A DNA stretch of 64,000 bases from Lama glama (GCA_028534125.1 CM052816.1:26910001-26974000), one strand, 5' to 3'. Counted from the first letter of the stretch, positions 38,024 to 53,225 are shown. Numbers and translations: made by a program. The notes: generated from the sequence alone by a model not told the origin.

Positions 38024-38104
38024 CTCAAATCTTCCCACTTCTTTTCGAATCGTTTTAGAGATCTGTTCAAAATCTCTTTCTCCTTGTTGCACTTTTGCCT
38101 CCCA
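38024..38104 (-). CDS. SNX2: SNX2 exon 13 (WEAKVQQGERDFEQISKTIRKEVGRFE)
   Basis: 81 nt; ATTAG|TGG ... GAG|GCAAGT (non-canonical GC donor). Confidence 0.95.
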
Positions 38105-39281
38105 CTAATAAAAACAAACAAAAGGTACAAATTTTTATTCTTGTCTGGGAAAAAATTACAGAACTAGCTGTCATGACTACTCATTTAATTTAATGTAATG
38201 CCTAAAAATCCTAGAAGTTCAATACAGGCAAAGCCCACTTTGGCATCATTCAAACCTGTATGTAACAGTTTAATTTCTATCAATATGTCATTGTCAGATT
38301 TAATCAAGATTAGGATAGTCTAGTACTAACTAAACTACAATCTCCACACCTTAATTTAGATTAAAAGATTTTGAGTGTAAAATTCACTACCAAATAATTT
38401 AGCAGTATTAGTGTAATTTTCTCATTTCTTTATATCTCTAAAGTATTTAAAAATATATCAGCAATATTCTGCTAATTTCAAGAATACATTTTCATCATAA
38501 TTTATATGCTCATGGAAGTAATTAGAAAAATTACATGACAAACATTTAAAAAACATTTTTATAATGGTGAGATGTCCAGATTTTAAAAAAAAAGTGCAAT
38601 TATGGTCTACTGAACACCTATCAGTAATTAAATTAAGTACAGAAACAATGAACAGTGTGATTAGTGACCAATGGAACAGCTAAAATAAAATAACTGAAGA
38701 CTAAGCAATGAAATGATATTTTTCCCACTATGTAAACCAAAACACTGGTACATACTCTTCAAAGAGCAGGTACATTTATTTTAAGTAATATAAAGGTTAT
38801 CCTACCTCTTCAATTTCCTTATTGAAGCATGGCAAAAAAAGTGTATAAATTATAATAAACTTATACAAATTTACTAAAATACCATATGTAATACATATAT
38901 ATGGGGGATAATGTTGCCTGGACAGCTAAATGTGGGACAAGTCTATCTCTAAAACCATTTTTAGGCACAAAATAAGTAATTATCTGAAATCAAATCAACC
39001 ATCTCGAAAGAAATATGTAATTATTAATTCAAGATTAATTTAAATCTTTTCCTCATAGGCATCTTTATCCATTCTATAATTCGGTGGAAGTAACAAAGGG
39101 CTCTGAAGACTTTAATGATGATCAAAATGTTAAAAGTAATTCTAAAACAGTTCATAAAATTATTTAAAAAAATAGCTAAGCGTTGAATGGTTCAGAAAAA
39201 AATTTATGAAAAATTATGCATATATGAATGACTCATGGAAAATTTGGGTAAGGAGATAAAAAAAGCATTTTAATTAATCAC

Positions 39282-39425
39282 CTCTCTTATTTCATTTTTA
39301 GCTTGCTGTATTTTATCTGGTTTGTTAGCAACCATCATTTTTGCTTCAGTTTCACGTTTTTTGAGCAAAGTAATTTGAGCATCTTCCCATTTCTGCCAGC
39401 ACTTCATTCGATGGTCAAACACACC
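39282..39425 (-). CDS. SNX2: SNX2 exon 12 ([48 protein letters not shown])
   Basis: 144 nt; TACAG|GGT ... GAG|GTGATT. Confidence 0.96.
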
Positions 39426-41987
39426 CTGTAAGTGAATAATAACATAGTACTATTAACTGGGAATTAACATTGAAATACTTTCATTATGCTAGAGGTGCTG
39501 TAATATTGAAAACACTAAGATCAACTACTTAAAGGTTGTTCTATTATAGTGAAATACTGAAAATAAGCATGTTTGTATCAGAGAAAATAAATTTCTATAT
39601 TCATTTGCTTAAAAACCAAAAAACTTGTTATTAGATTAAATCGAATAGCTCAGAATAAAGAAAAAACTATGTACCAAATCCATTTCACTAGCCTTTAGGG
39701 TTTAAAATGTGGCCTCTAAGAAGGTTTCTAACAGAGTTTTATGCTTTGAAGAAAGATTCCTTTAATAGGAAAATGCTGGTGTCATATCTACATTGGAAGT
39801 TTTCCTACTAAAACATAAAAAGTAGATTTAAGTGCTGGAAATATGCCACAAATTGAAAAAAAAAAAAAAGGAAACGGGAAAAGCCGTAAGATATCAGAAA
39901 GTAAGTAAAAATGTAATGGAAGAGATCACCAATTACAAATAAATAGAAGGCAAAGCAATGTAAAGGTATAACAAAATGAGAGGGGGAGTTCTACACAAGA
40001 TGAAAAGGGCAAATAGATGTATGTATGTAGTATGCAGAACTAAATGAAGAAATAGACAAAAAGACCATAGAAGAACAATTCAACCAAGTCCATTACTTCT
40101 TTCCAGGGGTTTGGCCAAGCAAGAGCAAGTGAATGGAGGGAAGAGATGAAATATGAACATAAGAGAGTCGTAAGAAATTTCATGAAAAAAACTGATGAAT
40201 AGGATGGAATACAATAATAATCCCTTTTCTAGCTTGATGTTGGGGATATATTCATATTATTTTAGTACTTACTAACTAAACAAATGAAGTAAGCATTAGT
40301 AACTTGGTGAAACAATTATTTTCATGTACTCCAAGTAAAGAGCTTTTGGATCAAGAAATGGTAAATACATACATGTTCTTATAGAAACCTGATGAAGAGG
40401 CATGCATGTAGATAGTGTATTTTTTCAAATGCAGGCTTTCGAACAAAACAAATTTGGATTCAAACACTAGTTTTGTTATTGTATGATTGTGGGTAAATTC
40501 ATTTAAATTCCATAATCCACAGTTCTTCTAAATGTAAAAGAGGGAAAAGGAGATCTAGATTTATGGACTGAAAATAAAATGAAAAGTATATAGCAGAGTG
40601 ACTTAACCTAGTGGATGTTTAAATAATTAGTAGGGACTATTATGGATTACTTCTAAATAACAGATACATATAAATGCAGGTGACTAACTCCAGATTTCTA
40701 CTAAAAGTGCAAATAATAACTTGGATAGTATTTCTAAAAGCCATAATTGGACTGTATTATATTATGCAGCATATTTCAAAAATGTGGGCAATAACATCAA
40801 AAACTCCAAATCAATAGAGACTTCTTAAAGACTGTGCATATTTTAATTAACCAGGACAATAGATATGCCTGGGCAAACTGGTAAGTTAAAGCACTCTATC
40901 TATAGACATTTAAATCCACCTAACTAGATTTAATTTGTCATCTCATGTAATTTCTTTTCTTACATTAGTAGTAATTCTTAGTGTCCACTCTGTTGCTTTT
41001 CTTGTATTTAAAAAACCATATTCCCCATGAAACATTTCTCATTATGAATCAATTTAGCTTCAGCCAAATTGATCTGGACCAAAATCACAAAAGTAATACA
41101 TCCAACAAAAATATATTCAGAAAAAGTCACTATCATTTAAAACAAGTAAATAATCTCTGCACCTCACCTCCGACACATACACAAATTTAAAAAGTAATTT
41201 AAGATTTTAGGCCTAGTTTCCCTTTAAAGGAACAGGGCCATATCTACTCTTCATTTATAAATTCCTCCATTCAATAACAATTTGATTATTTAAAATATGT
41301 ATCAATATAGGGCAAAAGTGAACCAAAAAATGCCCTTTAATTTCAGTATTTTCTTAAGTTCTTAATATATATCAACTGGCATTTTCAGTGATATACTAAT
41401 TTAAACTAATTTGATCCCTGCTCAGTTTACTATCTCATAATATCTCAGAACCATCACATGTTTATTGTGGTACAGATGTAGGAGCTATGGTAAAGGAAAA
41501 ACTACTAAAGTCAAGTTATTTCAGGGGGAAAAAAAAAACTTCATAAGAATTAGCTTTTCCTTCGTTTTCCTACCCTTGTAACATGAGAATATTAAAAAAA
41601 AAAAAAGAATAAAAACCATAATAGATCACCTAAAAATGCTATCCTTAAGAATCAAATCATAACTTAAAGTCTGCCTCTGCATGTTAAGATACTAACTCAC
41701 TCTGGCAGGACTAGCTTCTTCTATAAGACAGATATGCTTACAATGATGATTAACTTTGGCCTCCACCCCCTGCCAATTTATGGTATACATATGTATGCAA
41801 ACTAGTCTAGGTTAGACAAGTCTGCAGTTGTGGAGCAGTTTTCTTGGCCTACCAGGAAATTTGAGGCTGCAATTTTAATTTAATTAATACTATATTCTAA
41901 TTCATTGAATCTGAAAGTATGCTGCAGCCAAATAATGAAGATTTTAAATTTCTCAGGGAGTCCATCTACTGTTTTTTTTAATTAATT

Positions 41988-42172
41988 CTTTTTTTTTTAA
42001 TTGAAGTATAATCTGTTTACAATGTTGTGTTCACTTCTGGTGTACATCGTAGTGATTCAGTTTATTTACGTACACATACACACACATATATATTCCTTTT
42101 TATATTTTTTTCATTACAGGCTATTATAAGATATTGAATACAGTTCTCTGCACTATACAGTAGAACTTGTTG
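41988..42172 (-). mobile_element. L1 3' end (artiodactyl-type), 5'-truncated
   Basis: TTTTAATTGAAGTATAATCTGTTTACAATGTTGTGTT...GATATTGAATACAGTTC...TATACAGTAG. Confidence 0.85.
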
Positions 42173-42599
42173 AAAAATTCTTCTAATGTATTTCATAAAT
42201 CTGGATTTCCTGTAAGAATTCCTAAAGAATTCAAGTGCTAAAAACATTGAAAACTATTACCCTCAATCTATGACCCTACTCTAGTGGTTCACAGAAGGCC
42301 AATACACGAGAATGCGTGTAAAAAGTTTACCACTTGATATGATAAAATGTGGAGTCTCATATGTTAGGGGCTGTACAAAAGAAGGAAACAAGTTTCTGAG
42401 CTACAAGATCAGGCCTGGGCAATATTTTGGCTGGGTGAGCCTTATCTCTTCTTTTAGGGCCCAATTTCTGTTGTTTTCAGCCACTCTACTTTGGCTCTAA
42501 ACTCTAATGTCCAAAGTACTCCTAGTTTCTAAATAATCATCCACTTTGAAAAGTCTTCTCAATATGGATAAAATAAAGGCCTAAGTAGTATTAAATAGC

Positions 42600-43390
42600 T
42601 ATTAGAAATCAGTAAGACAGAAATACCAAAAGAAAACTGGATGAAGGACACGTTCGTAGAAAACAGTATGTAGACACCGTTCATAGAAAAAAGAAATGCA
42701 AATGGCTTATCATTTGTAAAGATGCTTAAATTCATAATAACTAAAGAAATTAAAACTTACACAAAAAAGATACCCTCATCATAGGGTGGGTGAAGAAGGA
42801 ACACATATATTGGTGGTAGTACAAAGAATATGTATAATCTCTTCAAATAGTAATATGGCAATGCTTATTGAAATTTAAAATTCATACACTCTTTGGCCAA
42901 GGAATTCTACTCTAGGCATTTTATGCCCGAAGAGTTATTAACAAAATACTTAATATTTAAGATTGGACTCATCAAATAATTCAAGGTACATCTATATGCT
43001 AGATGATGGAATACAATGCAACCATTAAAAAGAATGCAACACATATTTACGTAAGTCGCTAAAGAGACGTCTTTAAAATGGAGTAGGTGAAAAAAGCAGG
43101 CCAGGAACAGTGCATATAGTATACTACTTTCTGAAGAAGGATGGAAGAGATGAAGGGAGAGAAAACGGGGGTGAGAAAGAAAGAAAAAGAAATAGAAAAT
43201 TAGCTTCATAAATACCCATAGCTAAATGTATAGAGACTATAGACACAGAATATAATTGTATTTGACTAAGGGAAGAGAGACTAGAGGTTTTAGGTAGAAA
43301 AGAAATTTACTGTTTTTGGCTATTAGAACTGTTATGTGCTTGTATTACTTTTTCAAATACAAATGAATTAGTTAAAAAAAAAAAAAAGAC
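42600..43390 (+). mobile_element. Ancient L1ME-like fragment
   Basis: AAATGCAAATGGC...GGAATTCTACTCTAGG...GGAATACAATGCAACCATTAAAAAGAATG. Confidence 0.6.
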
Positions 43391-45204
43391 CACAAAAATT
43401 CCCTGTCATCATCCTACTCCATAATTTCTCAACTTTTTAATGAAGTTGCCCTGGCTAGATTTTAGGAGAAAAATCAATCTGAAAGAGCTTAACTTATCTT
43501 AAAGTATAACTTCACTATAGCTCTTTAATTATCTTTTAGTCAATCAATCACTAATTCATTATTTCCCAAAGTGTGTTCCATATATCTAGAAAGATATTAG
43601 TTGGAAAAGAATTCCTGTTCATATGAATTTGGAAGCCTCTGGACTGAACAAAGCTAAATGTCTTGTTTTATATTTTACTCCTTGACAGTTCTGAGCTTTT
43701 CACGTGCATGCTGAACCTACAAGACAGGGATACTGCATACATTATCTCCAAAACTCAGTTGACTGTGGTATATCCTTTGGTGTCAGTGAAAACATTCTGG
43801 GAAACATGAATATAACTGTAATTTCATGGAATGTAAAAATAGAGCAAGAAGGTTCATACAGTATGAGAAAACCTGTTTTTGAGAGATCAGCAACCATTAC
43901 ACAGAAAGTCCAATCCAGTAGGGGAGCGTTTTTCCAGGTTAGTTCTTCTCAGCAGGTCCTACTTCTCATAGACAGTGCCTAGTTTCCCTTTCTGAACCCA
44001 AAGGGTTTTTGGAGGTGTTACACTTTTTCATAACAGCTCTCAGGTAACAGAGAAACAGGAACCATTATCTATAAACTGGATTTCTGTATATCACAAGTTG
44101 CCTAAGTATAACGCAGTACACTCTGGTATCTGCTATCTTTATTGTTAGTATCTTTAAATAACTGAAAAGAAAAATTAACCACCAGGAATATAAACAGTAA
44201 TATCTTAGTAAATACAAGCAAAATTGGTATTTTGGCCAAACCTAAGAAAACACCATACTAAAGTGCTAAGAACCTTCTAGTAATAACTGTTATCAGTGCT
44301 AGAGAATAGAATCATCTATAATAAACAGTGTATCAGTGTTCTGATTGTAGATGAATACAAATTTGATCATACTTTAGCTGAAAAAAATTTGCATAAAAAA
44401 GCAAGGAACAAGGTCTCATTAAATTTCCAGATGTTTAAATTCAAGGTAAACTTCCAGTTCCCCCACCCATCATAACTAATGTTCATAACAATAATTCAAG
44501 GACACCATAAGATCTTAAAAGTATATTCTAAAACATGTTATAGATAAATTAAGTTTAGTTTAATTATCTGAATATTGGAGGTACTTGTAGAATACTAATT
44601 TTTATTAGTTAACTGGATTACTTTCCTAACTATTCAGAAAACAACACTCTTCACCCTTAAACATTACCACTAGGTAACACAATTTTTATCTAATCTAGTC
44701 CTAGCTCATCTATAAGTACATGGTAACTATACATTCTGGTATATATACAGAATGTTAGCTTACAGTCCAAACTCAAGCTAAAGTCACCATTAAATATTCA
44801 TTCAACAATCAGTTCTGCTTTTGTCCTGCTTCTTATTGTAACTTTACTAATGATAAGAGAGTTCAATGGGTAGTTTCAGTTCATGCTAGAAAGAGTAATA
44901 AACAAACGCTATCAGTAGCAAACTTCTATGTTTATATGTAAATATAGAAGTAAATGTGCATTGGTTTTACCTTACTTGGCATTCCTTAGATCTCTTAAAA
45001 ACATCAATTCTGTCTACTGTACTGTCTAAGTCATAGGGGAAGAAAATATTAAACTGTGAATAATCATCTTGAAGTCATTTTATATGTACTAGTACAGTAT
45101 GTAATTTTTACACACTTAAATGTATGCCTAATTGGAAACCATATTCTTCTAAGCAATACACTGAAGTGAGAAGAATTCAGGGAAGATTATAAAATAAGTC
45201 TTAC

Positions 45205-45410
45205 TTTCACTGCAGCAATAAGACGAATGTAGTCACTAAGCAGTTCTGAAAACATATAAAAGTCAGCAAAAGCTTGTTCTTGATGTAACTGGTCTATCTT
45301 CTCCTCAACTTCTGCAAGCTGAGACAAAGCTCTAGATAGAGCAGTATGATCCTCAGAATTACCTAACATGGCAGCACTTTTAGCAAAGGCAGCTGTGTTG
45401 GCTGAAAGTT
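45205..45410 (-). CDS. SNX2: SNX2 exon 11 ([17 protein letters not shown]...YIRLIAAVK), BAR domain
   Basis: 206 nt; TTCAG|AA ... AAA|GTAAGA; contained in ORF-track entry 45187..45549. Confidence 0.97.
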
Positions 45411-46763
45411 CTGAAATAAAAAAGTATTCACTTTTAGTGTTCACTAGTAAAATTTTTAAAATACTGCATATTTTTTTCACTTTTTCTCTAAATCTTATCC
45501 ACAAATTGTTAAGGTACTTTAAAATAATTAACATAAAAAAACCAGTCATTAAAATGCCTTGGGCATAAATGTCAACTGCTCAGAGCTCTACTGAGAACTA
45601 AAAAGAGCCACTGCCTATATACTATATATTAAACTATGTTTAATAATTTCATATAATGATCTGCCTCCCTTTTCCCCCCTAAAGTGCTCACTCTTTCTTT
45701 ATTTCTAAAAAAGACAAAAAATACATTTTCCACATGGAAAGCACTGGGAACACTCACAATTGATTTATACTACAATATATGGCCTTTAAATATTTATATA
45801 TCATTGAAAATATGTCTATAATTTTTGATGAGAATACTACTTAGCTCACAGAAGGAAAGCAAGGTAAAATTGTACATACAATTCATGTAAATCTTTAATT
45901 CTCTGTGTGCAACAAGAATGCTTAGTAAAATATTAAGAATTTCCAAAAAGATTTTAAAATGTGATCATTTCAGATACATTAAATACAGAGAAACAGATTC
46001 AATGACTAACAATTACATTGCTGGATTGCTCTGTTGCTCTGTATTACATAAAGTTCTCTGAAAGAACCATAAAACACTCCCTACAGAGAAATAATACAAA
46101 CAGCAAAAACCGTTACACTACTTTTAATGATAAATGTATTAGTAGATTTCTGTAACTATTTTATTACAATATATTGCCAGTAATGGCACATACTAAATTA
46201 CTTATCAGCTACTTTAGAAAGGTGATATTAAAAGCCATACATATATTCTTTAAAAATAAAGCAAAACCAAAAGAACCTCACCATAGAATTAAAAAATCAC
46301 AATTCAAATTTTCTATGAATTTTTAACACTCCCCCCACTCCACGTTTTTAAATATGGAGGTTCAAAAATAAAGAAAATACTTCAGAGTTTTCTAGGAAGT
46401 ATAGACACAAAATAAACATTCTAAAGAAAAATTTCAAATGTCAATTTTTGAACCTCATTCTTTAATTATAATAAAAATTACCAATAAGAAATCTTCATTC
46501 ATTCATTAAATGTTTAACAAAGAGGTAATCAAGTGAACAGTTTTAACTCTAAAATTCAAAATATACTTTTATAAGCTCAAGATTTTTCTACTTCTAAATC
46601 AGAAGTTAGATTAAAATAGAACAAAAAATGTTAAAGTTGAAACAGAAATTCTCTTAAACTATTGTTTTCTCTTTTTAATAATAACTTCAGACTATACATT
46701 TAATACAATTTAAACAAAATATCTGAATTAACTTATGGTGTTAAACACATAAATAAGACAAAC

Positions 46764-46857
46764 CTTTTCTATGACAGACCAAGGCTTCAACACTGGCATG
46801 AAGTTTCCTAAGTTGCTGATCCAGATTTTCAAACTGCTGCTGCTTTTCTTCAAACCA
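46764..46857 (-). CDS. SNX2: SNX2 exon 10 (WFEEKQQQFENLDQQLRKLHASVEALVCHRK), BAR domain
   Basis: 94 nt; CTCAG|TGG ... AAG|GTTTGT. Confidence 0.96.
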
Positions 46858-47110
46858 CTGAGGAAAAAAAATGAAAAATGTGGCTAACTTAGCCAGAACA
46901 AACCACTGTAAATTAGGTTACCAATAGCAAACTACATTCCTTGTTTTAAAGCAACAAATTAACCATGTATAACCATAGTGGTCAACTGATGTGTTGAGAA
47001 CTAAACTCAATAAGCAAATTAATATCCTATTTTCTACTTGTACAGCTTTAAATGCAATTGTTGGGCTCATTAATTCATCTCATTATTCAAGTCGAAAAAT
47101 CAGCTCTTAC

Positions 47111-47224
47111 TGCATCCGATTCATTCATCTTGATTGTCATTTTGTTGACAGCGTCCGCAGCCTTGTTCACCATCCTCAATATCCCTGCTCCACTCAGAGC
47201 CTGTGTATTAACTGCTCTAGGCAG
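47111..47224 (-). CDS. SNX2: SNX2 exon 9 ([38 protein letters not shown])
   Basis: 114 nt; TTCCAG|CTG ... GCA|GTAAGA. Confidence 0.96.
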
Positions 47225-48206
47225 CTGGAATTGAATGACAAATAAGGGCAAACAAACCGGTTAAAAGCCTAGAGGTTTAACTGGCCACAAAAGAGAATGC
47301 CCTAATACCCACCTCCCCCCAAAAAAAGACAAGGAAAAAAAAGGTGGTTTTATTTTCTTCACTCTCATACATTTCAATAGTGAGATCTAATTTCTCAAAT
47401 ACACTACTTGTACATTCTCAAAGGAAAACTTAAAAAATAGACTTTCCATTTGTTTTTCTTTTGCACGTTTACATTTAGATGGAACAACACTCTGTTTGTC
47501 AAAATATATTAAGAAATTGCCAAGCACCTTAACACTGGCCACCTGTTTGGCAGTAGAAATAAACTGTTTATAAGGAAAGAAGAAGAAAGTCTAGAGAAAA
47601 ATCTCCTTATGCTCAGTTAGGAATGTGTGGTTTTGAATTTTTTAACAATTCAAGTAATGTTTAAAAACAAAAAATTCAAGTAAATTAAAAAAAAAAATCT
47701 CAACCAGTAACAAACAGAACTATAACCTGTTAAGAGGGCAAAATGTGCCAAACATAAGGAGCAGCATGGTTATAATGGTTAAAACTGAAGCTCTTTCGAG
47801 TAACAAATTTGCATCTCAAAACTTTAATAAGACTATTAGAACGCAGACAAACACACATTCAACCATCTCTAAAATGAGGTCTGAAGAAACATATTTCATC
47901 ACATGCCTAATCAACAACTTAGGGCATTCATTATTAGACTATAAGCCATTCTTTTAAATCTGGTTTTAAATTTTCAAGACAGGGACTGATGAACCTATAA
48001 TTATTAATCAGAAGAAGATATTTTGCTAGTAGTTTAGTTAAGTAATTAATTAGAGCCAATTAAATTACTAAGCAAAAAAAATCATTGCTTTATTACATCT
48101 ATTAATGCAACTGTTTACTGAACACCTATTCTTATATAAATGATAATGCTGATAATCATAAATAATGAGAACATTTACATACAAAACTTTTAAGGAGAAA
48201 TAATAC

Positions 48207-48282
48207 CTCTGAACTTTCCAAGAACTGCCTTAAATCTGGATCCTGTAGTAAAGTTGGATGTTTTACTGTTCTTTGAAGATAT
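48207..48282 (-). CDS. SNX2: SNX2 exon 8 ([25 protein letters not shown]), end of PX domain
   Basis: 76 nt; CCTAG|AT ... GAG|GTATTA. Confidence 0.96.
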
Positions 48283-50576
48283 CTAGGATTTGAGAATAAA
48301 ACGCTCCTTTATATATCAGTAGTATCTTACTTTAAATCTTATTTCAACAAAAGGATAAAAATCTAAAAATTAAAAAAAAACAGGTAAAAAGATATTTTGC
48401 CTGCCTCCACTAATTATTCAGAATCTTACACCAATTTAATGAATAAAAACTGTATTCATCTTTTGAAAATTCGTAATTATGTAAAAAGGGACATGATAGA
48501 GGATGGGGTAAGGATAGGAAGAGGTTAAATGACTTACCAAACTTCTTATTGCAAAGCATCAGATTTACAAAAGGGTATATTCATGAGTTTGTTAAATAAT
48601 TTTATCTTTGGGTCAGTATGTTCCCAGTTATTACTATGTATCTCCTAGTAAAACACATATTCCAGTCAATTAGTTTTTTTTACCACTATCATTACCAAAA
48701 TGAAGAATATCCTACTAATTTTTTTTCCTTGCCAGCAGATTTAAATTATCAAATCAATTTTGGTCCTTATTTGACAAGAACTAAATTTTCTTTAATACTT
48801 CTGTTTTTAAGGTTTTGCTATTTCTGATAAATGTCTTCCTTATGTAACACCACATAAAATAAAAATAAAAGTAAAGAAAAACATCATCATTAAATCATTA
48901 TCAGCCCAACTTTAGTCATTTTTCTTTACTAGAAAACCCACCTCTGACATGTATAGTAAATTACCAATCATTCTTTCATAAAAAAGAAAAGGTCTATTTC
49001 ATGATTCTTGTTTACTTAACTATTCTCATTTTTTTAAAAAAATTACTCTTTTCCCAGATTAATGATTACATGCAGTAATATTTCAATTACAGTATTTTCT
49101 CTAACAGTTAGTAGGTATTACTAAATGCAGATACTATTTCGGCAGAAGAAATACAGTCAGTAATTTCTTCTATGTCTTTACAAGATTATAAAATATGCCT
49201 AAAATAAAGTGATTACCTTCTCTAAAATCATGCAATATGTAATGGTTAAAATGACTCCTTAAGTTAAATGGTTAAAACGACTGCTTTAAAAGTTCTGCTT
49301 TTATATATTTAAAAAATATACACTATATTATACTTCATTAGCCCACAGAAGTAGTTACTATATTAGAAACAGAGCATTTCATAGATATGCGCAGTATAAT
49401 CCACACTGTGGTTTAAAAAAATATTTGCTACATATATTCTAAAGCTAAAAAAAAGAGTTGCAGTAGGAACACTAATCCTCTAAGCCTGAGAAATGTATTT
49501 TCCCACTGGAATTTTACTTACAATTTTATCACTGAAGTTCTCCAGTACTATTAGGTAAGTTATTTAGTTGTTTCGACTGTGTGCTGCTTAAAGCAATTTG
49601 CATAAGTTGTACACACAACAGCTGGTAAATAGCAAGCACTTGGGCATTTGTAAAATGAACAAGCAGGGAGGAAGATAAAACATCAAGTACCCAACCTTTA
49701 AGAAATATTCTAATATTTCAAAACAAAATGGAAATACTACCATATTCTAAAATAGTTTTTTAAAGTGGGTTCTGCAGAATACTACTCTCATGCAAAATTC
49801 CATGAAAAAGATTGGTTCTTCAATAAAGAAAGCATGAAATATATACATATTCCTTTCTTTAAGATGCATAATGAACAGCAGTACATTAAGCTCTGGGAGA
49901 AGCCTTGCAGAAAATAAACCCGGTTTACCTTTGTTAAACCTTACATTAATAAAACTCAATTTACTGTAGATTTCCTTTTTTCACCCTAGTACATACCAGA
50001 ATTCTGAGGACTCAATTTTGGAAAATGATATTCTAGAAGATGACAGTAAAACTTAAGGATTACATAAAACAAAGAGCACTTAACCACTCAAAAAAAGGTA
50101 TTAAGCTTATACAATGTTAAAATTAAAGAAAGCAACATAAAATGGATTTTAAATTAACAACTATTTGTAAATATACATCAATTCAGAATTAAGGTCAGAG
50201 AGGATTGTAGGTATACAATGGAAGGAGAAGAAAAAGAGGAAAAGAATGTAGGAAGAGGACATGAACAGAGGTACAGGGAGAAGCAGACACACTGAGGGAA
50301 GACAGAAATGGTAGATGCAGTGGAACTGATGAAAAGTAAGTATCAAACTTAACAAGAGTTGTTTTCTGAGATTTGCTCTAAGGAAGGGTTACTGATATAT
50401 TTATAATCACTTACGGCTTTCAAGATCCTATTTACATATCAAAACTAAAACAAAATAAAGCACGTTATACAAAATGCTTCAGAGGAAGAGAGTTAAAGTA
50501 TTTCTCTTGCTTAGAACTCAAACACATGTGCTAACAATGAGAGACTAGAAAGGCAGAAAACAGCTTGGGTCTTTGA

Positions 50577-51400
50577 TGACATTCATTTGTTCATTTAACA
50601 AATATTTATCGAGCATTTACTGCATGTCAGTTACTGTTCTGAGTACTCAGAATGTATCAATGGACATAAGAGAACAAAATTCCTTCCCCAGTGGAGCTTT
50701 CATTTTAGTAAGAAAAGACGGCCATAAACATATAAATTACGTAGTATGTGACAAAGTGGCAAATGCTGTGGAAAATGAAAGGACAAGTAGAGAAGGGACA
50801 AGTAAATGGGATCAAGGGTGTAAGGTGTGGTTGGTGACGATTTAAACAGAACAGGTCAGAGTGAAACCAATGATCAAAATAGGCTTCAATGCGGAGGTGA
50901 TATTTCAATGTCTGAACTTGAAAGAGGTAAGGTAATTAGCCAAGCAGCTACCCAGGAACAAAAGCTTTCTAGGCAGTAGGAATGCGGAGGGAAAAAAATC
51001 TTAAGGTAGGGAAATACCTGGGATCTTTGAGGAGCCGCAAAAAGATGAGTGTGCCCTAGAGCAGTGATCAAGGAGGATATGAGATCAAATAAGTAAGAGT
51101 GAGCAGTGCATATCACATAAGATTTCATAGGTGATTATAAGGACTCTGGCTTTTATTGAGTGAAACTGGAGGACTGGGTGAATGGGGGGGGTGGGAATAT
51201 GATCTGATTTATTTTTTAAAAGGACGAGTCTGGCTGCTCAATTAAAAAAAAAAAAAGAGCTGAGGTACAAGAATGGAAACAGGGAGACCAATCAGAAACC
51301 TACTGCAGTTAATTTAGGCATTTGGACTAGTAGTTGATGGGTGAAAGATGTTGTCCATATATTAGAAGAATGCAATAGGATTTCCTGATGGATTTGATAA
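50577..51400 (-). mobile_element. L2 3' region
   Basis: ATTCATTTGTTCATTTAACAAATATTTATCGAGCATTTACT terminus followed by purine-rich L2 antisense body. Confidence 0.75.
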
Positions 51401-53181
51401 TCCTAAACATCAGCCTATCTCCAAACTTCCTGATATGAAAGAGTAGATTACTCAGTCTGCACTAACTATTTACGCTATGCCAGTTCTGTTTTTAGGTGCT
51501 TGGCATTAACACAATCCTAAATGATACACTTATATTTTAGAGAAAAGGAACAATGCATTTAAGTTAAGTAACTTGCTCAAGGCCTTACAGACAGTGTGTA
51601 GTGAAGTGCAGGCTTCAACACAGAAAGGATTCTAAATCATTACACACTGTATCCTGCTACTTTACATTTCTCACCTAAAAAATAAACACAATATGCTCCT
51701 AAGATAAGAAGTACTCTCAAGAAAATCAAGTGAGTGATCTTTGGGATACTTAGAAGTAGTTTCTGCTTACTTTACTTGGCATTGGGAGTACTTGGGTTCT
51801 TAACCACTCCCTTTCTCTTCCTGTATTTGAATACTAGATGTTTATCTTTTTGTTCAAGAAAGTCATCTGGAGTCTCTAAGTTGAACAAACAAGTAAATAC
51901 ATAAATGCATAATACAAAGTATACAAAGAAATATTTCCCTGACCTGCCAGATCCACACATATGCCTACCTAATGTTTAAAATTTTAAGAAATCCCACAGA
52001 AAAATCACTTTAAAAAAATCATTCCTTTGCTTCTACACTTTTTCACCTATATTTTCTACAGTCATCTTTTCTAATGTAAGATAAACTCATAGTATACTGT
52101 TTCTTTTTTCCTCACTACTGCAAATTCTACTAAGGTAGTATTTAACAAGTAACATTTACTAGTAAAGAAACTATCTTCATATACACACTAGATCACAAGA
52201 TTCAACACTTCCTCAAAATTCTCAATGTTACATACTGAACCAAGGTATGGCTTAAGTACTATGCAATGCATCCAAGTTGCAAGAAAGGTGAATGTAGAAT
52301 CAAATTATATGTCCTTGGTACAATAAATCTTCATTAAGTTCCTTATCAAGCATGCCATCCGAAATATTTCAATTTTACTCATAGAAAAATAGGACTGGAA
52401 AGGTTTTTCAAAAGGTCATGGTTACACGTTCAGGAAGGACTAAGCAAAATCAAGGCAGTACATTATCTACCTTTATTCTTAAAAATATTCTATGACCTTT
52501 CACAACAGAATCAATTCTAATGCCTAAACTAAACTTCTGTTCATGCAATTTAAATCCTTTTCCTAAATAACTGCTGATTTTCACAATCTCATCTTTTAAG
52601 TCTTCTCTGATACAAGATTTTAAGCCACACACCAGCTTTTCTTATTGCAAATTGTTCAAACCCGACTTTACTGTAGCATTTTCTCGAAAGTAAAACAATT
52701 TACTACTAAAATCCAGAAATATGTTACCTTTAAAAAGAGTTTTAAAAAATAATTTGTGCTCTATAGATATATTTACTCCCATTTAAAATCTGTCCTACCC
52801 ACCTCAACCACTAATTTCAAGCCAAGAGAGAAAATAAAACAAAGAACAAAGAAGCAGATTCAATTAGGATAACAAACAAAATTCAATTAAAATAACAAAC
52901 AAAAATTTATAAAATTAGAAAACGTTTTAAGTCTAGGTAATTACCAACTTATGTAATAAAAGTTGGGCTTTAAAGATAGTTTTAAACTTGTTTTCTCACA
53001 TTTTCAGCATAGCAAACAAGGAATAAATGTTAAGATTCTGGGAATAGGAATTCGTCCCACGTATTTCCCTTTTAGTAAGCCACAATGAACATAAGTCTTC
53101 AAAGCTATAGGAGATGTGTTGAGTAAAGTAGACTAAAGAAAGATACTGCATACATATGTATTGTATACATACATATTGTCC

Positions 53182-53184
53182 GTG

Positions 53185-53225
<41 letters not shown>
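53182..53225. repeat. Interrupted (GT)n microsatellite, about 22 units
   Basis: Read directly; one GC interruption. Confidence 0.95.

Noticed and set aside
49241..52904. Small two-copy tandem duplications (49241-49289, 52858-52904)
   Set aside because: Ordinary slippage products in AT-rich intron; no sign of function.
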